Assembly (NCBI GenBank): GCA_008080735.1
Contig: SHMW01000020.1
Location: 1 to 55,835, forward strand
Length of the DNA stretch: 55,835 nt
Direction: 5' to 3'
DNA from: Promethearchaeota archaeon
GTDB lineage: Archaea; Asgardarchaeota; Lokiarchaeia; Sigyniarchaeales; SOKP01
In this document: positions 38,833-49,126 of the stretch, piece after piece
Layout: the number at the start of each line of letters is the position of its first letter
How positions within the stretch are numbered: position 1 is the stretch's first letter
Translations under genes and position numbers: made by a program
Notes under the pieces: generated by a model
What the model saw: the letters and a program-made list of their open reading frames with translations, nothing else
Told to the model about the DNA's origin: nothing
Database searches by the model: none

Positions 38833-41800
38833 TTAATTAACAATTGCTTCAATGGATATTAACGAAAAAACTGATTTAAACGCTATATAAAGCATCATAT
38901 AAAGTAAAAATAACACCACAAACATAAGCAGATATCCAATTAACGGGCTTTTCCAAATTCTCTTGCTGCTGATTTTTCTCTCAGATAGTTGTTTGATTCC
39001 GCGAGCAAATATCCACGATGCCAAAAATATGAATGGAATGCCAAAAAGCATAATCCATCCAAAATTATAGATTACACCGATTAATACAGAGACCATTATG
39101 TCATAAACATCATTGATACTATTTAACTCGGTCCAGAGACCATGGATAGCGACCTTTAAATCCTGAACTGTAGTAAATAACATAAGAACTCCAGTAAATA
39201 TTATTATTGGAAATATCCATAAAAAGCTGAGCGTAGAGAGGCTGGAAAGTTTCTCGTTATCAATAGAGATAGATTGTGTCTTAGCAATTTTATTGACCGT
39301 GAGTCGATTAGTTCTACCATAAATTTTCGAGAATCCATATATTAATAATCCCATCAATAAAGAACCGATGATATAAATCCCCATAATTACATAAGGAAGT
39401 ATGTCAAAGACGAGGTTGTATTTATCCTCATGATATTGGGAATGATATATGATTGTATTTGTAACATCTACGCAGGAGATCAAGAAGAAACTGATTAGTA
39501 ACCCTCCAAGGAATAGATGGATAGTTCTGTTAAGAAATTTCCAATTTTTCTCGAAATATCTCTCCTCAAAAAGCACTTCTTGGACTTGAAATGGATGTGT
39601 ATAGCTCAATTTAACCAATTCTTTTCGAGACGGCTGTTGGGGTATCTGGGATGAGGAAACTTCATCCTTGAAATTGCTAGGCTTAAACTTTTGTTTTATT
39701 TTTTCAATTGATTCTGATGTTATGGAAATATCTCTTGAAATTAGAACATATAATACACCGCATAGTGCCAATATTGTCATATTTGCGAACAATAGAATGA
39801 AAGGCTCGGGAGAATATGCAAATGAACCCAAATCATTATAGAGTTCTGTTCCGTCTCCTCGTACTATGCTGAAATATGGCGCGCTAATACTCGTACTAAG
39901 GCCGTTTGCTTCAACTTGAAGCTGATCAGAACCTCCAATCAGAAGAGCGTTTGCCCCTTCTGTGGATTGGGACCATGTATGAAACTTTTCACCCCAACCA
40001 GGATAACCCGGATTATTTGCGATGTAGGCTCCGTATGCCCAGAGCTCGAAGCTATTCTCATCTTGATGAGGGTGGTTTTGGTCGTAATTCTTACAACTAA
40101 AAGGCATGAATAAACCATCCGTGTCACCCGAACGCAAATATGCCATTGAAGATGCTTTCCATACCTCTTTACGACTTTCGAATGGTTCAGATTGGATGGT
40201 CTCATTTACATTATAGAGGAGAATTCTGTGAAATGAAGGATTTGCTCCGAGTAGATATCCATAATCGTTCGTGCTAATGTATTGGGAATTATTTTGTCTT
40301 TCTTCCCATATATACTGGTATCTTGCCGCTCTCTTAGGACTAGTATTGTTCACTTGTGCAGCTGCAAATAGTAAAACTTCTTGAATATCTCTATCGAAGG
40401 TACAATCCTCAAAACTTCCGGGCATTCCAAGTGGTCCTAAAGTTTCTGCCATATAATCATATGAAGCTAAAATTTGATCATCCTCATAAAAATTAAACGC
40501 ACCTAATCTTTTTAAGCCTGTAGTAAACTGACTCATATGAAAGAAGGCAAATGCCATATAGCTATATCCCTCAAATGAACCCCCATCTGCAGGGTTCTGA
40601 TTATAAAAATAATCAAGACAAGTTTCAGTGGCGATATTGATCATTTCCTCATCTTGGAGTACCAATCCCGCTAATCCCAATGCACCCGCATCAACCACAC
40701 GATGGTTATTGCGATGATACAAGTCCATGCGCTTAAGTGGTTCTGCATGTTCATATAACAGATTATAAATCGTAGATCGTTCATTAGAAGTAAGATTTTG
40801 GTATATCATATCGAATGCAATTGCATATGCCTCAACGCTTTTTGCTCGTCGCAAATCCGCTGAATAATGAGTAATGGATCCCATATCAAGGAGATATTCT
40901 TTTAATTTATTCAACACACTCGCATTATTATTAAGTGTAAAATCAAGGGCTAATTTATAGACCGCATGTCTCCTCTGATCATCTTCATAAAATTCTGGAT
41001 CGCGAGCGAGTTCTATGTCGATATCTCCGATATAGGTATCAGTCCAATTATTCCATGGTTTATTTGAATCTGCGATTTTGTTTCTAAGATCTTCTAATTC
41101 ACTATTATTATATAAAATATACGGATGGGTTAATCCAGCAAAAAGATTCATATTAATACCCCACTTATCTTTGGTTGGCATAGAAGGTGTTGGTATAGGT
41201 TCAGTTAATTGATTCTTTTCTGGATTATAATACTTATCTGAATTGCTAATTACGAACGAGCAAGAATCGCTAATAGATAAGGTCGTTAAATTATTTGCAT
41301 ATGATATGGTTGTATTATCTCCGTTAATTTTTATCATCTCTGGGATAAAAGGGCAAAAAATCTGTACTTGACTATTTTGCCCGTTGATATATCCCGAAAT
41401 TTGCGAGCTGTTAAAATAGGTTATCAAAATATTCGTAAGCGGTTCTGAGGATTGGAACGAAATATTATTTTCGAATTTTAAATATTTAGCCTCTTGCAGA
41501 AAGCAATATTCTATTTTTGAGGTATTAGTATTATTCCTGCGAATGAAAAAGAGCTCTCCATCAAATTCGATGTTTGGACTGGAAAATTGTACTGATGCGC
41601 GCTCATCGCGATAGTATAGAAAGTCATTATCCCCGATTTTTTTTAGACCATCTGGGAGTGAGGTAATTTCGGGAATCTGCTGAGCCGTATTAGAATCATT
41701 TTTCGGGTAGAGGATTGTAGACATCAGTGGATGATTGGCTCCCGAATATCGCGCTTTAATGTAGGTTGTATCAATATCGGGATAATTATTTCCCTCATCA

Positions 41801-42186
41801 TAATTTTTAGGACAAAAAATCCCTTCCTCGCTGGATATAGCATCTATCGGTTCTAAAAATGTCGCGTTCAAAGTAATATTGTCATTGGAGACATAACTCT
41901 GCACTTTAAACGAAACCGATTTCCGATCGTCTGCGACTTTCAGATCTCCTCGACTATGTAATAACCAATCAATATCATAATTCCTTGCTTGTGGACTTAA
42001 TTCATCGACCATAATGAAATATCCCGCTTGCCCGGTGTCTTCGTTCGGTTTTATAAATAAAATTTGACGCGAATATCCACCATAGGTCGGAAATAGTTGA
42101 AACGCGACAACGGTAAAGAAGATATTAAATCCTAATAATATCGAAATAAGGGCAAAAAAAATGATTGATCGTTTCGATTTTTTCAT
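38833..42186 (-). CDS. Membrane-anchored heparinase II/III-like / oligo-alginate lyase-like protein
   Basis: HPYILYN, NNH, EGYSY and HPHQDENSFELWAYG; N-terminal TM plus a multi-TM C-terminal region. Confidence 0.8.
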   Translation of the reverse strand: MKKSKRSIIFFALISILLGFNIFFTVVAFQLFPTYGGYSRQILFIKPNEDTGQAGYFIMVDELSPQARNYDIDWLLHSRGDLKVADDRKSVSFKVQSYVSNDNITLNATFLEPIDAISSEEGIFCPKNYDEGNNYPDIDTTYIKARYSGANHPLMSTILYPKNDSNTAQQIPEITSLPDGLKKIGDNDFLYYRDERASVQFSSPNIEFDGELFFIRRNNTNTSKIEYCFLQEAKYLKFENNISFQSSEPLTNILITYFNSSQISGYINGQNSQVQIFCPFIPEMIKINGDNTTISYANNLTTLSISDSCSFVISNSDKYYNPEKNQLTEPIPTPSMPTKDKWGINMNLFAGLTHPYILYNNSELEDLRNKIADSNKPWNNWTDTYIGDIDIELARDPEFYEDDQRRHAVYKLALDFTLNNNASVLNKLKEYLLDMGSITHYSADLRRAKSVEAYAIAFDMIYQNLTSNERSTIYNLLYEHAEPLKRMDLYHRNNHRVVDAGALGLAGLVLQDEEMINIATETCLDYFYNQNPADGGSFEGYSYMAFAFFHMSQFTTGLKRLGAFNFYEDDQILASYDYMAETLGPLGMPGSFEDCTFDRDIQEVLLFAAAQVNNTSPKRAARYQYIWEERQNNSQYISTNDYGYLLGANPSFHRILLYNVNETIQSEPFESRKEVWKASSMAYLRSGDTDGLFMPFSCKNYDQNHPHQDENSFELWAYGAYIANNPGYPGWGEKFHTWSQSTEGANALLIGGSDQLQVEANGLSTSISAPYFSIVRGDGTELYNDLGSFAYSPEPFILLFANMTILALCGVLYVLISRDISITSESIEKIKQKFKPSNFKDEVSSSQIPQQPSRKELVKLSYTHPFQVQEVLFEERYFEKNWKFLNRTIHLFLGGLLISFFLISCVDVTNTIIYHSQYHEDKYNLVFDILPYVIMGIYIIGSLLMGLLIYGFSKIYGRTNRLTVNKIAKTQSISIDNEKLSSLSTLSFLWIFPIIIFTGVLMLFTTVQDLKVAIHGLWTELNSINDVYDIMVSVLIGVIYNFGWIMLFGIPFIFLASWIFARGIKQLSERKISSKRIWKSPLIGYLLMFVVLFLLYMMLYIAFKSVFSLISIEAIVN

Positions 42187-42286
42187 ATCATTTATAGTTC
42201 AGTTCGGAAATTATTTAAGGATTGGCAAAATAGGATTGTCGTTCTACTATCCATTAATACTTCTTAAAAAAAGGAATTTGAAATCC

Positions 42287-42967
42287 TCACACCAGGTATT
42301 TTAACCCGTCTTTCACTTTATAGGTTTTTTGGGCACGATTCAATTCAATAAAACGCTTTACTTCTAATTTATTCAGCAAATCCCTCATCTGGGACGTGTT
42401 TTTATTAAGTACGTCTTGTAATCCCTCAAGATTATCTTCATATTCTTTCAAGACTTCCAATAAACTCTTATAATTCTCATACACTTTATTAACCAAAAAT
42501 TTTAGAGATTCTTTAATATTTTGTCCCGTCTTTGTGCTGGTCGGAAAGATCTTGGCGCTCTCGGGCAAATCATTTTGTATTTTCACTACTTCTGGATATC
42601 TTGCTTCTTCAAGATCTTGCTTATTCGCCAAATAAACAATCGGTATACTGGACCCTAACAACTTTCGGAGAGAATTGAGTATCTGTATCGCTTCTTCATC
42701 TTTTTCGGGTTGTGCAGAATCGAAAATAAAAAGAATTCCATCAGAACCCGCTGCGGTGATGTCTCTGATGACTGAAAAGCGTATTAGCCCCGGAGTTCCG
42801 AACAAATAGACTTTATATCCGTTTAATTTAATCGATCCCAGATCCATTCCTACCGTATAACTCCTATTATCCGCACCCCTCGCTTCCACGTTGAGAGCGT
42901 TCGGATCTAGGAATTTGATGAAACTCGATTTACCGGATTTCACTGGACCAGCAACCAATATCTTCAT
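42287..42967 (-). CDS. MglA-like small GTPase with C-terminal winged-helix-like extension
   Basis: GPVKSGKSS, TVGMDLG, LFGTPG, NKQD and STKTG; C-terminal LLNKLEVKRFI...YKV. Confidence 0.82.
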   Translation of the reverse strand: MKILVAGPVKSGKSSFIKFLDPNALNVEARGADNRSYTVGMDLGSIKLNGYKVYLFGTPGLIRFSVIRDITAAGSDGILFIFDSAQPEKDEEAIQILNSLRKLLGSSIPIVYLANKQDLEEARYPEVVKIQNDLPESAKIFPTSTKTGQNIKESLKFLVNKVYENYKSLLEVLKEYEDNLEGLQDVLNKNTSQMRDLLNKLEVKRFIELNRAQKTYKVKDGLKYLV

Positions 42968-43442
42968 AATTTTAATTTAAATAAAGTATAATTTTTATTG
43001 TGAAAGGTAATCTGTAATTAATTAATATTACTTTCTTAGTCTTTTATAATTTTCTACCTTATTTCGACAAAAATAGCCCGCATTTAACCCATACTCCAAA
43101 ATTTATTAAAAATGTTTCTATGGATCTCACGTTTTCATTTTAAAAAGTACAGATGATAATTTTTTTAATAATAATTATTCAATTTTTTTTAATAAGATCT
43201 TGATTTTTTAGGGAAATTTATGACGATCTTCAACTTTTTATGTCGAATTCTAATATAAAATTACTAAAAATAGTCATTAAGGGAAACTTTTATATATCCC
43301 ATTATCATATAGAATACTTACAAATAAATATATAAACAAAATCGAAAAAAAGTACTCGAATCGACTATAATTATCTAAAGTCATTGTCAAAGATCTTAAT
43401 TCGTGTATTTTTTTAAAATAAAACCGAAAAAAATGATAAGTT

Positions 43443-46400
43443 ATGACTAATCAAAAGTTGAATTCTGTACTTGTAATCGGAGGTGGGATATCGGGAATAG
43501 AGGCATCTCTCACGCTAGCGGAGCAAGGGTATAAAGTGATAATGGTGGAGAAAACCCCCTCTATCGGCGGGAGAATGGCTCAATTAGATAAGACCTTTCC
43601 CACTTTAGATTGTTCAATCTGCATTTTAGCACCAAAAATGGTAGAAGTTGCGCGTCATCCTAATGTCGAGTTACTAACATATTCTGAAGTGGAAGAGGTG
43701 AACGGTCAAGCGGGGAATTTTCAAGTGAAAGTGAGAAAGAAAGCTCGATATGTCGATTGGGAAAAATGTACGGGCTGCGGACTATGTTCTGAAAAATGTC
43801 CTATGAAAAAGATTCCAAATGAGTTCGAAGAGGCGATGGGCAACCGAAAAGCGATTTATATTCCATTTCCACAAGCAGTACCGAGAAAGGCAACAATTGA
43901 TGCAGAACACTGTCTCTACCTTACTAAAGGTGCATGTCAGTTATGCTTGGAGCAATGTGAGGCTAATGCGATTAATTTCGAGATGGAAGATGAGATTGTG
44001 GACTATAATGTGGGCTCAGTTATTGTTGCGACGGGATATGATTTGGTAGATCCGACACTGCTTCCTCGGTATCATTTTAATGAATATCCGAACGTTATCA
44101 CGGCTATGCAGTACGAACGGCTTTTAAGCGCTTCGGGTCCTACGGAGGGGGAATTGCTGCGTCCTTCTGATAATAAACATGCTCATGATATCGCGTTTAT
44201 TGGATGTGTTGGTTCACGAAACGAGGATATTTGTCCTTATTGTTCGAAATTTTGCTGTATGTATATGGCAAAAGAAGGAGTAGTAACGAGGGAACATTCT
44301 CCAGAGACAAAAGTGACAGTATTTTACAATGATACAAGAGTGATCGGAAAAAATCAAGAAGAATTTATTGAGAGAGCGAAGGATGAATATGGACTCACCT
44401 ATTTTCATGGAATCCCCGGAGACGTAAGAGAGGATCCTGAAACTCAAAACCTATTCGTCAAACACGCGAATTTAGATACGGGTGGAGTTGAATCTACGGA
44501 ATTTGATCTTGTAGTACTTGCTAATGCTGTAATTCCCAGTGAAGGAACAAAGAAACTTGCTGAAATCCTTGGGATCGAAATAAATGATATTGGTTTTTTC
44601 AAAACCAAAGATTCTACGGAGGATTTGGAGTCGACAAGAGAAGGAATATATGTCACCGGCTCTTGTCAAAGTCCCGATGATATTGCCAATTCAGTTTCAA
44701 AAGCAGGTGGTGCGGCAGGATTAGCAGCGATGCATGTTCAACCGCTCAGTGAGGAAGAACAAGCAATTGACCTACCTCCCTTAAAATATGTAAGAGAAAA
44801 AGAAACCCCTCGAATTGGGGTATTTGTATGTGAATGCGGCATCAACATTGGGGGATATATGGATATTTCTGAAGTAGTTGAATATGCGAAGTCTTTGCCT
44901 GATGTAGTATTTGCGATGCATAATAAATATAGTTGTTCAAGTCTCACACAAGATATCATAAAGGAGAAAGTTGAAGAACTCGATCTTAACAGAGTGGTGG
45001 TTGCTGCGTGTACCCCAAGAACTCACGAGCCTTTATTTCAAAAAACCATTCGTGAAGCGGGATTAAATGAATATCTCTTTAATTTTGTAAGTATACGTGA
45101 GTTAGACTCATGGGTTCATATGCATGATCCTGAAAAAGCTACTGAAAAGGCAAAAGACCTTGTTAGAATGGGAGTAGCCAGAACACGCTTCTTAAAACCA
45201 GAAGTAAAGATTATTGGTGATGTGAAGCCATCGGCTTTAGTTATAGGAGGTGGAATTGCAGGAATGACAGCTGCGATGGAAATCGCTGAAAAAGGATTCA
45301 CTGTTCATTTAGTTGAGCGGGATGATAAATTAGGAGGACAACTTAATCTTATCTATAAGATTAATTTTGATAGAATTAATTCAAACGAATTCTTAGAACA
45401 AAAGCTCAAAGAATTTAACCAATACAAAGAAATAAAAACCTATATTAAATCTGAAGTCATTGATATCAAAGGGTCGGTTGGTGATTTTCAAGCAAGGATA
45501 AAAAATAAGGATGATAATTCCACCAAAGAAATAGAAACGGGAGTAATTATCGTAGCTACAGGAGCTCACGAATATAAGCCAGAGGGCTGGTATTATTATG
45601 GTGAAGATCCTCGGGTTATGACACAGTTAGAATTATCGGATAAATTACGTAATGAAGAGTTGGAAGATGGAGAATCTATTGTCTTCATTCATTGTGTAGG
45701 CTCGCGACAAACAAATCCCGAACGAGGGGTGTCTTATTGTTCTTTAATTTGTTGTTCAGAATCAATTCGACATGCATTATATGTAAAAGAAAACTATCCT
45801 AATTCTGATATCTATGTGATGTATCGAGACATTAGGGTCGGTACGGATGAAGAACAATATTATTGGGATGCTCGCGAAAATATAAACTACATTAGGTTCG
45901 ATGAATATCCACAAGTTGAATTGAGCAATGGCAAACTCAATGTTACTGTGAAGGATATTTTAACTCAGATTAAGCTCAATATAAAAGCCGATCGAGTGGT
46001 TCTTTCCACCCCATTAATGCCTTATGACAACAAACTCCTTTCTGAATTATTAAAAGTTCCCTTAGACCAGAACGGATTCTTTTTAGAAGCCCATATTAAG
46101 CTTCGACCAGTGGATTTCGCGACCGATGGTATCTTTCTTGCTGGCACTGCTCATGGACCAAAAGGGATCTCAGACTCAATCTCACAAGGAAGAGGGGCCG
46201 CAGCTCATGCTTTAATCCCGCTAACCACGGGAACGGTAGAAAATGAGCCTTTAGTGTCCGTAGTGGATCCAGCCTTATGTATCGCCTGTCAGAAATGTGA
46301 GGATGTATGCAATTTCGGGGCTATCGGAGTAAATTTTAACGGAACTAAACTTGTATCCGAATCTAATCCCTTGTTATGCAAAGGATGTGGAGATTGTGCT

Positions 46401-46931
46401 GCTGCTTGTCCCGCTGGGGCGATTGTAATGAGTCATTTCGCAGATGACCAACTGACACCGATGATATCAGAAGCGGTAAAAAGCAAGGAGACACCAAATA
46501 TTGTAGCATTTCTCTGTAATTGGTGCAGTTATGCTGGGGCAGACACATGTGGCGTCAGCAGATTTCAATATCCCACAAATATCCGCCCAATTAGGGTTAT
46601 GTGTTCAGGGAGAATACCTAAAAAGTATATTTTACAAGCATTCTTGGAAGGCGCTGACGGTATTTTGATAGGTGGCTGTCATATTGGTGATTGCCATTAT
46701 CTTGAAGGCAATTATGATGCCCAAAGACGGTATTTCCAACTGAGAGAGATCCTTCAGAAGGTGGGAATCAATCCAAAACGGTTACGGTTGGAATGGGTTT
46801 CGGCGAGTGAAGGTAAACGATTCGCTGAGGTTGTATCTGATTTTACTGAACAAATTCGAAACTTAGGACCTTTGGGAGAAACAGGTGATAAAATTAAAAT
46901 CGAACAAACTGAAGGAGGTGTAGTAGAATGA
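43443..46931 (+). CDS. hdrA: Heterodisulfide reductase A-like (tandem HdrA modules) fused to MvhD
   Basis: Two GGGIxG FAD motifs, KTFPTLDCSICI, several ferredoxin motifs, CSKFCC and CSLICC; C-terminal AFLCNWCSYAGAD...GCHIGDCHY (MvhD). Confidence 0.93.
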   Translation: MTNQKLNSVLVIGGGISGIEASLTLAEQGYKVIMVEKTPSIGGRMAQLDKTFPTLDCSICILAPKMVEVARHPNVELLTYSEVEEVNGQAGNFQVKVRKKARYVDWEKCTGCGLCSEKCPMKKIPNEFEEAMGNRKAIYIPFPQAVPRKATIDAEHCLYLTKGACQLCLEQCEANAINFEMEDEIVDYNVGSVIVATGYDLVDPTLLPRYHFNEYPNVITAMQYERLLSASGPTEGELLRPSDNKHAHDIAFIGCVGSRNEDICPYCSKFCCMYMAKEGVVTREHSPETKVTVFYNDTRVIGKNQEEFIERAKDEYGLTYFHGIPGDVREDPETQNLFVKHANLDTGGVESTEFDLVVLANAVIPSEGTKKLAEILGIEINDIGFFKTKDSTEDLESTREGIYVTGSCQSPDDIANSVSKAGGAAGLAAMHVQPLSEEEQAIDLPPLKYVREKETPRIGVFVCECGINIGGYMDISEVVEYAKSLPDVVFAMHNKYSCSSLTQDIIKEKVEELDLNRVVVAACTPRTHEPLFQKTIREAGLNEYLFNFVSIRELDSWVHMHDPEKATEKAKDLVRMGVARTRFLKPEVKIIGDVKPSALVIGGGIAGMTAAMEIAEKGFTVHLVERDDKLGGQLNLIYKINFDRINSNEFLEQKLKEFNQYKEIKTYIKSEVIDIKGSVGDFQARIKNKDDNSTKEIETGVIIVATGAHEYKPEGWYYYGEDPRVMTQLELSDKLRNEELEDGESIVFIHCVGSRQTNPERGVSYCSLICCSESIRHALYVKENYPNSDIYVMYRDIRVGTDEEQYYWDARENINYIRFDEYPQVELSNGKLNVTVKDILTQIKLNIKADRVVLSTPLMPYDNKLLSELLKVPLDQNGFFLEAHIKLRPVDFATDGIFLAGTAHGPKGISDSISQGRGAAAHALIPLTTGTVENEPLVSVVDPALCIACQKCEDVCNFGAIGVNFNGTKLVSESNPLLCKGCGDCAAACPAGAIVMSHFADDQLTPMISEAVKSKETPNIVAFLCNWCSYAGADTCGVSRFQYPTNIRPIRVMCSGRIPKKYILQAFLEGADGILIGGCHIGDCHYLEGNYDAQRRYFQLREILQKVGINPKRLRLEWVSASEGKRFAEVVSDFTEQIRNLGPLGETGDKIKIEQTEGGVVE

Positions 46932-47461
46932 CTGAAGAAAAGGTTATGAGTTCTGATGAATTAGATCATAGTTTGCGCTATGAAATCAGTGAAAAAGTCG
47001 GAGCTAAATCACTTCTTAAATGTATTCAATGTGGCGTTTGCTCTTCTGGATGTACTGTATCGCAGTATATCGATCTTCAACCTCATCGTGTAGTAGCATC
47101 ACTATTACTTGGGTTGAAAGATACTGTACTTAATAGTAATGCGATTTGGACTTGCAGTCTCTGCCATAGATGCACTGAGCGTTGTCCTAAAAACGTGGAT
47201 TATTCTTTCATCTTAGCATTACTGCGGAATATCGCATCAAAAGAGGGTAGAATTCCTAAGGAATATTCCAGCACTGTTGAGGTGATCAGCGAAAACGGAT
47301 TCGTGGTTCCATATTCAGGTGGTATGAAAAATACTATCGATCGACGTAGAGAAAAAATGGGACTACCGGAAATAATCCCTCCGAAATTAGATGAGGTAAA
47401 CTATATATTAGAAGAAACTGGATTAGGAAATTTAATTAAAACAAAGGAGGAGAAAGATTAA
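46928..47461 (+). CDS. hdrC: Heterodisulfide reductase subunit C
   Basis: CIQCGVCSSGC and WTCSLCHRCTERCP. Confidence 0.92.
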   Translation: MTEEKVMSSDELDHSLRYEISEKVGAKSLLKCIQCGVCSSGCTVSQYIDLQPHRVVASLLLGLKDTVLNSNAIWTCSLCHRCTERCPKNVDYSFILALLRNIASKEGRIPKEYSSTVEVISENGFVVPYSGGMKNTIDRRREKMGLPEIIPPKLDEVNYILEETGLGNLIKTKEEKD

Positions 47462-47462
47462 A

Positions 47463-48344
47463 ATGGAATTTGCATTGTTTTTAGGATGTACCATTCCCTT
47501 GAAATTTCCGCATTTTGAAGTTGCATTCAGAGAAGTATGCAAAACTTTGGATATTGGGTTAAAACCCATGGACGGAGCGAGCTGTTGTCCTGAGCCCGTG
47601 TCTCTTCAATCCATAAATGTAGACGCATGGATGACCTTGGGCGCTCGAAATCTTGCCATCGCTGAAAGAATGGGCCTAGATGTTATGACTGTGTGCTCTG
47701 GATGTTATGAAACCCTGAAAACGGTAAAGGTACTATTGGGGGAGGATAAAGAACAGTTTGATAAGGTAAATTCAATATTAAACAAAATCGGCTATAAATA
47801 TAATGGTACTTCCGACGTGCTTCATTTTGTCGAACTATTTAGCCAAGAGGAAATGCTCGAAAAAATAAAAGGTTCAATAAAATTTCCCTTAGATGAGCTA
47901 AATATTGCGGCACATTACGGATGCCATCTTATTCGACCGAGTAAAATTATGCAATTTGACGATCCAGAACGACCTGAAACTATGGATAAGATATTGGACG
48001 TATTAGGTGCAAATACCGTGGCATTTGCCTCAAAATTGGAATGTTGCGGCTATTGCGCTCGATTGAATGAAGATATTGGATATGACTTGGTAAAAGAAAA
48101 AATGGTCGAGTTAGTCCATCTTGAAAATAAGGTGGATACAATGGTGGCAGTTTGTCCGGCGTGCGTAAGTCAATACGATAAGAAGGAGCGGATTTTATCC
48201 CGAAGAGTAGATGAGGACCTCGACATACCAATCTTATATCTTCCCGAATTGATGGCAGTTGCGTTTGGTGTCGATACAGAGAAATTAGATCTGCAGCGTA
48301 GAAGCATACGACCAACCAAATTAATGGAAAAATTAAAAATCTAA
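47463..48344 (+). CDS. hdrB: Heterodisulfide reductase subunit B
   Basis: FLGC, SCCP, CSGC, HYGCH, CCG and CPAC (CCG domains). Confidence 0.93.
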   Translation: MEFALFLGCTIPLKFPHFEVAFREVCKTLDIGLKPMDGASCCPEPVSLQSINVDAWMTLGARNLAIAERMGLDVMTVCSGCYETLKTVKVLLGEDKEQFDKVNSILNKIGYKYNGTSDVLHFVELFSQEEMLEKIKGSIKFPLDELNIAAHYGCHLIRPSKIMQFDDPERPETMDKILDVLGANTVAFASKLECCGYCARLNEDIGYDLVKEKMVELVHLENKVDTMVAVCPACVSQYDKKERILSRRVDEDLDIPILYLPELMAVAFGVDTEKLDLQRRSIRPTKLMEKLKI

Positions 48345-48430
48345 ATGAATCTCAATTTTTTTTAAAATTCAAAATAATCGTATAAAATAAAATCAAAAAC
48401 GTGATTTAGAAAAAAAAGTGAAAGACTAAA

Positions 48431-49126
48431 ATGATTATAACCCAACAAAAAGATATTGATGAGATATATGGAATGATAGAGCCATACGATAAAATCTTGA
48501 TAGCGGGATGCGATGGATGTTGTCAACCTCCACGCTCTGTTGAAGAAGCTCGTGTATTGGGACAGTTATTGGAATTAAAAGCAAAGAACAACGGAAAAGA
48601 TCTCAAATGGAGAGCCATTACTGTGTTGAGACAATGCGATGACAGAATTGCCGCGAGCACCATACGACCCTTTGTTGGAGAATATGATGCTATCATTTCT
48701 CTGGCTTGTGGGCTTGGGGTAGTAATGATGAATCGAGTCTTTAAAGATATTTTAACTTTTCCGGGACAAGACAGCATGTATGGCGGAGCGGAAAATGCGG
48801 GTGAGAACTTTTATGTGGAATATTGCGAGTCATGTGGAGATTGTATTCTGGCAGAGACGGGCGGAGTATGTCCAATGGCGGGATGTGCAAAACACCTCAG
48901 TAATGGGCCTTGTGGGGGTATGGTGGATGGAATGTGTGAAGTAGGCGGTTATGAACATGAATGTGCCTGGGTTAAAATATTTGAACGATTGAAAAAGTTT
49001 GATAGATTAGACCTTTTTCAAAAATATCGTCCACCCAGAGATTATCGACTACGTACTTCACCCAGTTTTATTGAAATAAATAAACAATATACTAATGAAC
49101 CACCTGAAGAGGAGGCGAAAGAATAA
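48431..49126 (+). CDS. metV: Methylene-THF reductase MetV subunit (MTHFR_C)
   Basis: GCDGC, RQC, ACGLG, CESCGDC...CPMAGCAKHLSNGPCGG and CAW. Confidence 0.9.
   Translation: MIITQQKDIDEIYGMIEPYDKILIAGCDGCCQPPRSVEEARVLGQLLELKAKNNGKDLKWRAITVLRQCDDRIAASTIRPFVGEYDAIISLACGLGVVMMNRVFKDILTFPGQDSMYGGAENAGENFYVEYCESCGDCILAETGGVCPMAGCAKHLSNGPCGGMVDGMCEVGGYEHECAWVKIFERLKKFDRLDLFQKYRPPRDYRLRTSPSFIEINKQYTNEPPEEEAKE

Noticed and set aside
43443-46931. Selenocysteine/SECIS in HdrA or MvhD (also MsrB)
   Set aside because: No in-frame TGA; Cys codons occupy the relevant motifs.
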